From the NCBI GenBank assembly GCA_025558095.1, contig JAIVFI010000023.1:496001-560000 (forward strand): 64,000 nucleotides of DNA, written 5' to 3'. Position numbers and translations under genes: made by a program. This stretch comes from Hyaloraphidium curvatum SAG 235-1 (taxonomy: Eukaryota; Fungi; Monoblepharomycota). The first letter of the stretch is position 1. Every line of letters starts with the position of its first letter. The notes beneath the pieces were generated by a model. The model did no database searches and had not been told where the DNA came from. It was given only the letters and a program-made list of their open reading frames with translations. Shown here one piece after another: positions 10,481-20,129 of the stretch.

Positions 10481-12571
10481 ATGTTCGAGAGTGCAGACGA
10501 GTGCTTTAGCCGGGGCGTCAAGTTCGCGACCGGCGATGGCATGGCCAAGAACTTTGTGGAGGCAGTCAAGTGGTTCCGCAGGGCGGCGGACAAGGGCCAC
10601 GCGGAGGCGCAGCTCAGCCTCGGATTCCTCTACGGCATCGAAGAGGATGTTACCCAGGACTACGCCGAGGCCGTGCGGTGGTACCGCAAGGCGGCCGATC
10701 AGGGAAACGCGACGGCGCAGAACAACCTCGGGCTCTGCTACCAGAACGGCTTGGGCATTGCCCAGAACTCTGCCGAGGCCGCGCGATGGTACCGCAAGGC
10801 GGCCGACCAGGACTATGTGCTCGGACAGTACAACCTCGCACTCTGCTACGAATACGGCACGGGCGCTCCCAAGGACCTGCCCCCATGGCGCTGGAGCTGT
10901 ACCGGAAGGCGTCGGCCCAAGGAGCAGAGGAAGCGACGGCCGGCCTCGAGAGGATGCAGGCAGCCATGGTCGCGGCGCAGGATGCGGAAGCCGAGGCCCG
11001 GCGCCGCCGGGAGGAGGAGCTGGCCCACGAGCGGGAGAAGCTCGAGCTCCAACGCCGGCGTGCGGAGGCGGAGGCGGCGAAGCGGGAGCGGGCGGCGGCC
11101 GACGCGCGGCGAAGGCTGGAAGCCGAGGCCGAGGCGCGCCGCCGTCGGGAGGAGGACCTGGCGCTCGAGCTCGAGAAGCTGGAGATCCAGCGGCGCAGGG
11201 CGGAGATCGAGAGCGAGGCCAAGGCGAGGGAGCTGGCGCAGCTGGCCGAGAGGTTGAAGCTGGAGCAGCAGCTGGCGGCGCTCAAGGTCGACGGCACCCG
11301 AATGCCGGGCGACGGATCGGCCCGAACCGCTGTTCCCAGCCCTCCTGGAAGCGCGGGCACGGATCGCACGCGGGTCGAGGACACCAAGGGCAACAAGGCC
11401 TACCAGTACCGCGGGCTGGGCGGGGCGACGATCCGCTACGCGCCGCCCGAGTTCTTCGAGGACGAGCCGCAGCGCAAGGCATCGGACGTGTGGACTTTTG
11501 CGATGATGTGCTACCCAGTATTCTCGCGTGGACGGGATCCGTACGACCACCTCAATTCCGCGCCAGCAGTCGGTGGCCGCGCATCCAGCCCGTCAGTCGC
11601 CTCTAATCGAGAGCCCCCCAGATCATGAAGGCCATATTCCGTGAGGAGCGGCCGCCGCGGCCGAATGGGGTCCCCGACCCCGTGTGGGAGCTGATGGTTT
11701 CGTGCTGGGCCGAGGAGATTGGTCGCGGTCGCGACGGCCCTGAAGCGCGCTGCGGAGCAGCCCGCCGTGCAGAAGCCTGCATCGGTCGCCGACCAGGCAT
11801 CCGACTTGGACCCCTCGTCCCCGTACCGCAAGTACGTCGGCAAGGACCTGACGGCGACCCGGCCGCACGCCGCTGCGAAGGGAACAGAGCTCGCCGTGAC
11901 CGTGGGCGATGTGATCCGCCTCATCGATATCAACAGGGACCTCTGGGCCCGGGGCCGCAACGTCAGGACCTGGGCGACCGGGTGGTTTCCCCTCACTTGC
12001 TTCGCCGCCGACACCGGTGCCGCCAAGTCGGACGCCGGGCCCGACCCGTCCTTGCCGTACAAGAAGTACGAGGGCAAGAACCTGACGGTCACCAAGCCGT
12101 ACACGGCCAGCAAGGCGTCGGAGTTGTCGGTTGCCAAGGGCGACGTCGGTGGGTACCATATTGGACGGGCGCGGTGTCACGGCTAGGGCGCTGGCCCGAG
12201 CCGGAGCTGCGTACGACTGGAGGGGAAGGCATAGCTGCTGCAGGACTCTGTCTATGGGCGTGACGGAATGGTGACTACAATGCTTGGAGCCGTCCCCATA
12301 TCCTCTGCGGCAGCGTCCCTCTGACGTAGCCTGCATCCTCTCTGTCCCCTGCATCCTCTCCATCCCTCTCACTCCCGCTGACTCATGCCCATCCTGGTCC
12401 CGAACGGGCGGTGCAGTCCGTCCGTTCACACGCGGGTTTGCTCAAGCCGATCACCCCGCACCCGCAGTCACCATCAACGAGATCAACCGCGACCTCTGGA
12501 CATACGGCACCAACGTCAAGACCCAGCGGTCCGGAAGATTCCCCTTGACCTCGTTCTCGGCCACCAAATGA
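10481..12571 (+). pseudogene. Disrupted SEL1-repeat / coiled-coil / TKL-kinase C-lobe / 2xSH3 gene
   Basis: SEL1 repeats (AVRWYRKAADQGNATAQNNLG); frameshift in a C-run at ~10880; kinase subdomains VIII-XI only (TIRYAPPE, SDVWTFAM, VWELMVSCWAE); second frameshift ~11715; two SH3-like repeats (ELAVTVGDVI...RDLWARG...GWFP), the second split by intron 12149-12467. Confidence 0.75.
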
Positions 12572-12734
12572 GCAAGAGACCGGGGTGTATTGGACGAGCG
12601 GGCATTCGAGAGCATACTAGACGACCACGCTGTATGCGCACTGTACGCAAGTAGGACATCGCGGCTGTTCCGCGTGCACGACCCAGCCTGAATTTCATCC
12701 CGTGCAGCGCAACCGAGGGCCCGCGGCGTCCGTC

Positions 12735-13220
12735 TAATGCCCTCGTGCTCTATCGCTCTATTAGCATCAAGACACACATCGCATCTACCCCGCGATGCTG
12801 CAGTAGTACAGCGCGTCGACCGGCTGCGCAGGGTACTGCTTCCCCCCCGACGAGAGAGCCTTCTTCGCACGATCACGACTAGCGAACCAGCAATGCGCCC
12901 AATGATCCATCACGGGCACACGGTCTCCAGCGTCACCACCACCCCGAATCCGTTCAGCACCGAAAACAGCGCCACCGAGAGCGTCACCAGGGTCACGTCC
13001 TGATGACGCCGTACGACACGACGACCCCCAGGAACCTGGCGCTGTACCTCCCCGCATCCAGGTACGTCGCGAGCAGGTCCGCGTCGGCGGCCGCGGCGTC
13101 GATCAGCCCGCCTGGGGCGCCGGCGGTGAGCGCCTAGCGGGGGGCCTCGCGCAGGGCGAGCGCGGCGTCGCCGACCAGCCCGCGGATCGAGGACACCTGC
13201 GCGTTGGCCGCCGCAACGTT
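12735..13220. repeat. Copy 1 of a ~485 bp direct duplication (copy 2 at 14522-15007)
   Basis: Near-identical to 14522-15007 (offset 1787). Weaker similarity extends ~90 bp further left. Confidence 0.95.
12910..13220 (-). pseudogene. 3' fragment of the 7TM (GR-like) family gene
   Basis: Encodes VAAANAQVSSIRG...VTLETVCP. Has an added TAG (GAG>TAG, ~13135) and the same frameshift as the 14.7 kb copy. Confidence 0.85.
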
Positions 13221-13373
13221 CAAGGTTGGAGCAGAGCGCTTCGTGAATTGGGTCGACATTAGAAGGAATCTCATGACTAACACTCGAGTACATGCACCAT
13301 GCAGCAGTAGCCCACAACTGGAGCCGAAAACTGGAAGAGCCTATCGTTCATTCTTTGACGTTGGCCTGCACCG

Positions 13374-14132
13374 CTACAAGCTCAACTGAGCGAAGTTGAG
13401 CTGAGACTTTGAGATCCCCAAGTGCTTCGCAAGGCGAAGCCGACGGTTTCGGGACCGAGCTGAATGTTCCCCATCTTCTGCTTCCGAATCGCTAGGATCG
13501 TCCTGGTAGAACTGGAGAGCCTTTTTCGATTTGTCCGAGTTCCAGATGTTGACGGTCCCATTCGGCAGCGTCTCGTTTCCGGCCACGAGCAAGTTTGCAA
13601 TTGCGATGCTCTCTGCCCACGGCTGGTCAAGAGCGTTGCGCCCTCCCGCGTCCTTCGGCCACACGATTCGATCATCGCGGCCCAGCAAACTGTTCGCGTG
13701 GAGGACTCGAAGGCGATCGAAGCCAATGTCGAGTGCTCCGACCTTGGTGTCCAGGGCCACGACCTTGGTGTCCAGGGCCGCGACCTTGTCTTCCAGGGCC
13801 GCGACCTTGGTTTCCAGCGCCGCGACCTTGGTTTCCAGCGCCGCGATCTTGGTTTCCAGCGCCGCAACCCTCGTGCCCAACTCTCCGACCTTGGCCTCAA
13901 GTGTACCGAGCTTGGAGCCGACCCGTGCCTCGAGTTCGTTGAGGGCGGTCTTCAGCCGAGCGTCGCTCCTCGCTTCAGACTCTTTCAGCGCGGTGTCCAG
14001 CCGGGCGTCGGTCCTCGCTTCGAGTTCCTGGAGGCGGTCTCCGAATCTCGTCTCAAGCGCAGCGAGGGCGGCCGTGAACCACGCCGGCGCCACGGCGTCC
14101 AGCGCAGCCAACGGCACATTTGCTGCCTCCAT
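13374..14132 (-). CDS. Coiled-coil protein with Mug135-like C-terminal domain, intronless
   Basis: Heptads (KVAALET)n, then RVLHANS...ALQFY...RRLRLAKHLGI, which resembles the fungal Mug135_C/DUF1773 pattern. Recognised from memory, not searched. Confidence 0.65.
   Translation of the reverse strand: MEAANVPLAALDAVAPAWFTAALAALETRFGDRLQELEARTDARLDTALKESEARSDARLKTALNELEARVGSKLGTLEAKVGELGTRVAALETKIAALETKVAALETKVAALEDKVAALDTKVVALDTKVGALDIGFDRLRVLHANSLLGRDDRIVWPKDAGGRNALDQPWAESIAIANLLVAGNETLPNGTVNIWNSDKSKKALQFYQDDPSDSEAEDGEHSARSRNRRLRLAKHLGISKSQLNFAQLSL
13740..13865. repeat. 21-bp tandem repeat x6 (coding heptads)
   Basis: Units GACCTTGG(T/G)TTCCAG(C/G)GCCGC; degenerate continuation to ~13930. Confidence 0.92.
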
Positions 14133-14521
14133 GTCTGCAGAACGACAAGTGGTCGCCGCGGCGCGAAAGGAGGGGACGTGTTAGTCCGGCAGAGTGTAGC
14201 GAGCGACCGGGCGCGGGTCCGCGTGAGGCAGAAGCACCCGCTACTCACCGAACTGCGCCGTCCTAACCGCGGTCTTCGCTCGTCTTTGCCGTAGTCGGTC
14301 TCCTGCCTTTGGTTCCTGCGCGGGCTCGGCGCAATGGCGACCGGACCGCGGGACTGCACCGCCACCAGACTCAAATCAACCTGCACTCCTTAGCCGGTAT
14401 AGAAATGTGGATCCAATTCGTAGGGTCGAAGCAAGCGCAAAGAAGAACAGCGACCACCGAGAACAATACGTAAGGAGGGACGTCGCGACCGCAGCCTGAC
14501 TTCCATCCCGTGCAGTCCCTC

Positions 14522-15007
14522 CAATGCCCTCGTGCTCTATCGCTCTATTAGCATCAAGACACACATCGCATCTACCCCGCGATGCTGCAGTAGTACAGCG
14601 CGTCGACCGGCTGCGCAGGGTACTGCTTCCCCCCCGACGAGAGAGCCTTCTTCGCACGATCACGACTCGCGAACCAGCAATGCGCCCAATGATCCATCAC
14701 GGGCACACGGTCTCCAGCGTCACCACCACCCCGAATCCGTTCAGCACCGAAAACAGCGCCACCGAGAGCGTCACCAGGGTCACGTCCTGATGACGCCGTA
14801 CGACACGACGACCCCCAGGAACCTGGCGCTGTACCTCCCCGCATCCAGGTACGTCGCGAGCAGGTCCGCGTCGGCGGCCGCGGCGTCGATCAGCCCGCCT
14901 GGGGCGCCGGCGGCGAGCGCCTCGCGGGGGGCCTCGCGCAGGGCGAGCGCGGCGTCGCCGACCAGCCCGCGGATCGAGGACACCTGTGCGTTGGCCGCCG
15001 CGACGTT
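14522..15007. repeat. Copy 2 of the ~485 bp direct duplication
   Basis: Matches 12735-13220. Confidence 0.95.
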
Positions 15008-16149
15008 GACCAGGTCCACCAGCGCAACTGCGGCGACGTAGAGGGGGTACACGACGTAGACCGCGGGGAGGCAGGAGAATGCGAGGACGTTGGCGAGGCC
15101 GCAGGCCACCGCGACGCCGGCCGAGATCAGCTGCGACCGCGCCGTGTTGAACCATCCGATGCGGCCGCGCCAGGCGGTGGCGAGGTGCGCGTGCAGGTCC
15201 ATGAAGAGATCCCGCCGCCGCGGGTTGCGGGAGAAGGGGGAGCCCGAGTCCAGGGCGGCACGGTACCGGTCCACGATCTCATCGAGCGCGCGCTTCATCG
15301 CTCGGTGCGCTACGCGGTGCGAGACGTCGAGCAGGGGCACGTTGGTGGAGAAGCGGACGACGCTGACCGTGAGTGTGTAGGACGTGATCGCGAGGAGGAG
15401 CAGGGCGGCGGAGGCGGCGGACCAGGGCGTTCCCCACGCGGCGGCAGCGGTGGCGGGGGAGACCAGCGGGGTCCAGTAGTGCAGCAGGCCGCAGAACACG
15501 ATCACGGCGAGTTTCGACGCGGCCTCCAGAACGCGGAGGAGGCCCGCGCGCCGCGCGATGCCGCTGGCGCAGCGATCGGCCGCGCACGGGCACAGGGGGT
15601 CCTTGGCGTCGTGATCGAGGAGGGGATGAATTTCGCCGAGCTGCCCGTCGACGAGCTGGATCCAGCGGGCCAGGACCGCCGCGCCGTGCCTGGAGAAGTC
15701 GTCGCCGCCACCCGCCGCTGCCACCGGGTCGTGGCGTACGCCGCAAACAGCGCCACGCCAAAGGTGGCCGAGAACATGCTGGAAAAAACGGTTGCGGTGC
15801 CCACGGCGAGCTGCGCGGTGCCGAAGCGCGCGCGGCTGAGGACCCACGGGATCGCGAGCACGGCCGGCTGCGCGACGTTGATGAGCGCGCCGCGGAGGAG
15901 CACGGGGCGCGCCCACGGCTCGAATGCGACCTGCAGCGCAAACATCCGCGCCAGCAGCCGGGACCGCGCAGCCAGCGCCGAGGTGAAGGCGGACAGCGTG
16001 AGGGGCGACGCGGCGCGGGCAGCATCGGCGGGGTCGGGACCGGCCCCGGGACGCGCGGGCAGCAGGAGCAGCCACTCCTCGGGAGACAGTGATAGGGCCC
16101 TGGCGGGGGCCGGAATGTCCACCGAGGTGGAGTCCTTGGCGGCCTCCAT
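14697..16149 (-). pseudogene. 7-TM protein, gustatory-receptor-like/DUF3537-like, paralog A; two frameshifts
   Basis: Collinear with 30179-31724 (RFGTAQLAVGTAT, DFSRHGAAVLARWIQ, LCPC, VRFSTNV, VDLVNVAAANAQ, VTLETVC). Frame changes at ~15720 (deletion relative to paralog B) and ~14785. Confidence 0.75.
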
Positions 16150-16414
16150 TGGATCGACGACTCGACGAGGCGATGGAATTCTCAGGAAGCTTCCGCCGCC
16201 AAGAACCAACGACGGGCGGGAGACGGTCCTTCATCTACAGATAAAATGCACTGGCGGACTGCCGCGAACCAAAGTAACAGGAGCGGCCGATCGTTTCTCT
16301 GGTGATAGCAATATGCTTGGCATGCACACCTGTGTTCCACCAGATCGACTCCTGTAGCAGTCCCAGTACGGACTGCTGACCTCAGACTTCACGGTCCAGT
16401 GATCCCCGTACTCT

Positions 16415-17654
16415 CTAGCCCGCAATGCTGCAGTAGTCCAGCGCGTTGATCGGCGCAGCCGGGTACTGCTTCGCCTCGCCCCCCGTGCCCGAGACGACCC
16501 AGCACGTGCCCCGGCACTTCTCGTCGTCCTCGATGGTCATGATGTACGCGTCGATGAGCTTGTCCATCGGGGTCCTGCGGCGGGATCGGGTCAGGGATCG
16601 GTGCGGAGTGAGGCGTCGCGTCGGGGGCAGCGATTCGACCGCCGTCGGCGTGCCGACGCCGCCGATCTGGGTACCCACCATCCGCCGAGGGTCTTGACGG
16701 CGTTGGCAAAGAACGGGTCCTTCTCGACGAGATCCTCGGCCGTCTTGATCCCCTTCTGCGGACGGGAGCGGGGGCTCAGCTTCTTGCCTTCGGTTCCGTG
16801 CACCGCCGAAGCCGCACCTCGGCGAACCGTCCTTTCGTGAATATGGGGGTGAAGGTCATCCCTGGGAGCTGCAGAAATCCACCGTACATGAGGTCCTTTG
16901 TTCGAAGTGTCGATTTGCACCCACAATTGCGTTGTACCGCGCCTTGCTCTTGCCGCGCGCGCGCTGGTCCATCAGAAACTGGGAGTTCGTCGTGAACATG
17001 AGCTGCGCGGCCTTGGTCGTCGCGTCTAAAAGGCCCCCATCAGTGAACCCGCTCCTCCTGCCCATGGCGCGCCTCACAGCTCATGCACGGGTGGTTCGTG
17101 ATGGCCGCCAGCGACGACGTCACGACAAACACCCCCGCCTTGTCCTCTTTGAGCCAGTGCGTGCTCGCCAGCCTCCCCAAGACCATCGTCCCGACCAGGT
17201 TGCCCTGGATCCCCCTCTCCCACTCCCCGTCGTCGGGCTTGTCCAAAAGCCGGAGCCAAGCCTGACACGAGAAGCCGGCGTTCGCGACGACGATGTCCAG
17301 ACCGCCCAGCCGCTCCGCCGCCTCCGCGAACGCGGCCTTGACCTCGTCCTCCTTCCCGGCGTCCATCTTGACGAACGACAGCGCGTCCTCGCCCGCGCCG
17401 AGCTCCGTGCGGAGCTGGGAGAGGACCTCCGACGCGAGCTCCGCGTTCCTGTTGGCCACGACGACGCGGGCGCCTTTCTCGAGGAGGCGGCGGGTCAGCG
17501 CGAGGCCGATGCCCTGGAATCGAGGTATTCGGGCCGGGAGCAGAGGCGTGGAGCGGAGAGCACGTCAGCGCTCCGGACGGCCCGGGCACGCGCGGGAGGG
17601 GCGAACCTCGGTGCCGCCCGTCACCAGCGCGGATTTGCCCTTGATCTCGAACAT
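16415..17654 (-). CDS. Short-chain dehydrogenase/reductase (15-PGDH-like), several introns
   Basis: ALVTGGTE|GIG, LDIVVANAG, VVTSSLAA, (Y)ATTKAA; C-terminus KQYPAAPINALDYCSIAG*. Confidence 0.85.
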
Positions 17655-18009
17655 TATCGCGGTCTTTCGCGGGCAGATGAGGGGAATGCGCCGGTGCAGG
17701 AGATGGGTGTGGATGTTTGGTCGGGCCGCCGCGGCGCCGCCACCGTCGCGTCACTTTGGGCCACCCACCCGGCGAGTCAGACTCCGCGGATCAGGAGATT
17801 CGCGAGGGGACGTTGCGGGACTGCGTTGAGGAAGCGACGAGCGGGATTCGACCGGCGCCGTAGCGGGGCGTAGCGCCCTCTTGGCGTGTCTCCCACCCGG
17901 ACCCCCGTGTCTCGCCTCCTTCCCTCCCTCTCCGAGGACACCGTCCCGGCCACTCGGCCCTCCGTCGCTTGCCTATCCTATCCCCTTTCCTCCGCACGCA
18001 CATCCCACC

Positions 18010-19228
18010 ATGCCCTCCGGGGACCCTCCCGCCTCCGTCGAGGTCCCCTGGAACGACGCCCTGCCCACCGCCTCCCTCCCCCGCGTCGACTTCTCCCTCC
18101 TCAGCTCCCCGGACCCCTCCATCCGCGCCCCCGAGCTCGCGAAGCTGGGGGAGGCCGCGAAGACGGTGGGGTTCTTCCTGCTGGCCAACCCGCCGTTTGG
18201 CAGGGGCGAGGTGGCGGAGCAGTTTGACCTGGCGGAGGGGCTGTTCAAGCTGCCGGCTGAGGAAAAGGAGCCTTACAACATGGGCGTAAAGGGCGAGTTT
18301 GCGGGGTACAAGACGCAGGGTCAGATGCTGCTGGGGCCCGACGGGAGGAAGGACATTAACGAGAGCTATCAGGTTCGTCGTCAGCGGGGGTACTGCCCCA
18401 GTCCTTTGTGCTGACGCACCGCTTTTCAAGATCCGCAAGTTCGTCAACGGCGACGGCGGCGACCAGCCCGCCTTCCTCGAGGAGAACAAGGAGAGCATCG
18501 AGCGCTTCCAGCGCAAGTGCCACTCGACGTGCCTCTCCCTCCTCCGCTCCCTCGCCGCCGTCCTCGGCATCCCCGAGGACCACTTCGACCCGCTGCACCG
18601 GTACGAGGCCAAGTGCGGCTCCGTGCTGCGGTACGTCCGGTACCCCGCGCCGCCGCCGGAATCGGAGGACGATCCCGAGGGGAGGAGGATGGCGCAGCAC
18701 ACGGATCTGGGGACCATCACGCTGCTGTGGAGCACCGAGGGGGTGGGGGGGCTGCAGGTGCTGAGCCCGCAGGGGGAGTGGGAGTGGGTCAAGCCGCAGC
18801 CGGGGTGCGCTATTGGTGGGTTGTCCGCGGCGGTTGCGGCCATGCGACTGACGGGGAGGCTCTGACAGTCAACCTGGGGGACTCGATCGCCGCGTGGACG
18901 GGCGGCGCGCTCAAGAGCAACCTGCATCGCGTGGTCAGGCCGCCACCGGGGACGCCGCAGGTGGGCAGGTACACGGTTGTCTACTTCGTCCGGCCAGAGG
19001 TAGGCTTGCAATTCGTCGATGGCCGGCCCGTTGCTGATCGCCGGGCAGGACGACGTCCCCATGTCGCCGATCCCCGGGTTCGGCGAAACGGACCCGGCGC
19101 AGCCGGTCAAGACGGCCAAGGAGTGGATCAGCAACCGGGTCAAGAACCTGATGGTCAAGAACGACGGGGGCAACTGGAAGGAGTTCGAGAAGGGGGCCAA
19201 GTGGGCGGGGCAGGAGGCCAAGAACTGA
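18010..19228 (+). CDS. 2-oxoglutarate/Fe(II) dioxygenase (IPNS/DIOX family), 3 introns
   Basis: LPRVDFS, VGFFLLAN, HTDLGTITLL, GGLQV, VNLGD, KSNLHRV, RYTVVYFVRP. Confidence 0.92.
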
Positions 19229-19286
19229 ACGGGCATTCGAATGAGTTTTGTTATCCTCCGAGCGCACAACATGCTGCTCCTGGCAA

Positions 19287-19890
19287 TCATCCGTGAACCT
19301 GGCTTCGGCCCCCTCCGTGCGGCATCGTCGCAGCGCCGGTCCCACGCGCTGTTGCGCGGCATCGATCAGTGCCAATCGCCGAAAGAACCGACCGGGACCA
19401 ACATTGGTTGACCATGCCCGGCGCCGCCCTGTCTTTCGGGTTGTTCTTCGACGCTTTTGTAAGCGGCTGCACTTCGCCTTCCTTCAGGATGAACTCGATG
19501 ACGTCCGTGGAGTTGCTGGTGCCGAAGACGCTGTCGAGGACGGCCTTGGAGGGCCGGGTCGCGATGCCTTCGGCGCCTCCGGTCGCATGCTCGAAGACGT
19601 CAAAGACTGGGGGCGGAAGATGAGGTCGAGAAGCGCGTTAGCCGGCGAGACGGTCCCACGCTGCACGACCTCGACCATCGGAATGCTCTTGTCCTTGCGC
19701 CACTTTTCCACCATTCCGCGGTTCACCAGCACCTCGAAGAGCGGCATGTTGCCCTCCTTTCCTCCTTCCGTCTGCTTCGGCTTCCAGATGACTGGACGAA
19801 CGCGAGCGCGGCATAATGAGCCCGGGCCCTTTGGCGGCCGTGGAGCACGCTCAACCGACCGCGCTCGATGTCTTCTCCACGGTTGGTCAT
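19287..19890 (-). CDS. RTC3: SBDS N-terminal (FYSH) domain protein, Rtc3-like, 3 introns
   Basis: Spliced: FEVLVNRGMVEKWRKDKSIPMVEVVQ|SFDVFEHATGGAEGIATRPSKAVLDSVFGTSNSTDVIEFILKEGE. Confidence 0.75.
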
Positions 19891-20129
19891 GTTGACGACG
19901 TGTGGCAACGACGCAGCTCGGCGGAGTGGAGCGAAGGTGTTCGGGAAGTTTGCGTCCGATGACGTGGCTAAGCAAGCCTCCCGTTGGCGGCGCGCCAGAA
20001 AATGCTCGTTGGTGATCGCTTAGATTGCACGTCAAATCATCTTCTCTCATTCATGCCAGCCAAGTAGGTATCGTACACATAAAGCCAGCGCCCGTGTCCG
20101 CCATGCCCGAGCTCCCCTCCCACGCTCCA

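Noticed and set aside
13740-13865. CRISPR-like array
   Set aside because: Contiguous 21-bp coding repeats with no spacers and no cas genes.
12735-15007. LTR retrotransposon (direct repeats around an ORF)
   Set aside because: The repeats are gene 3' ends, lack TG...CA termini, and enclose no gag/pol motifs.
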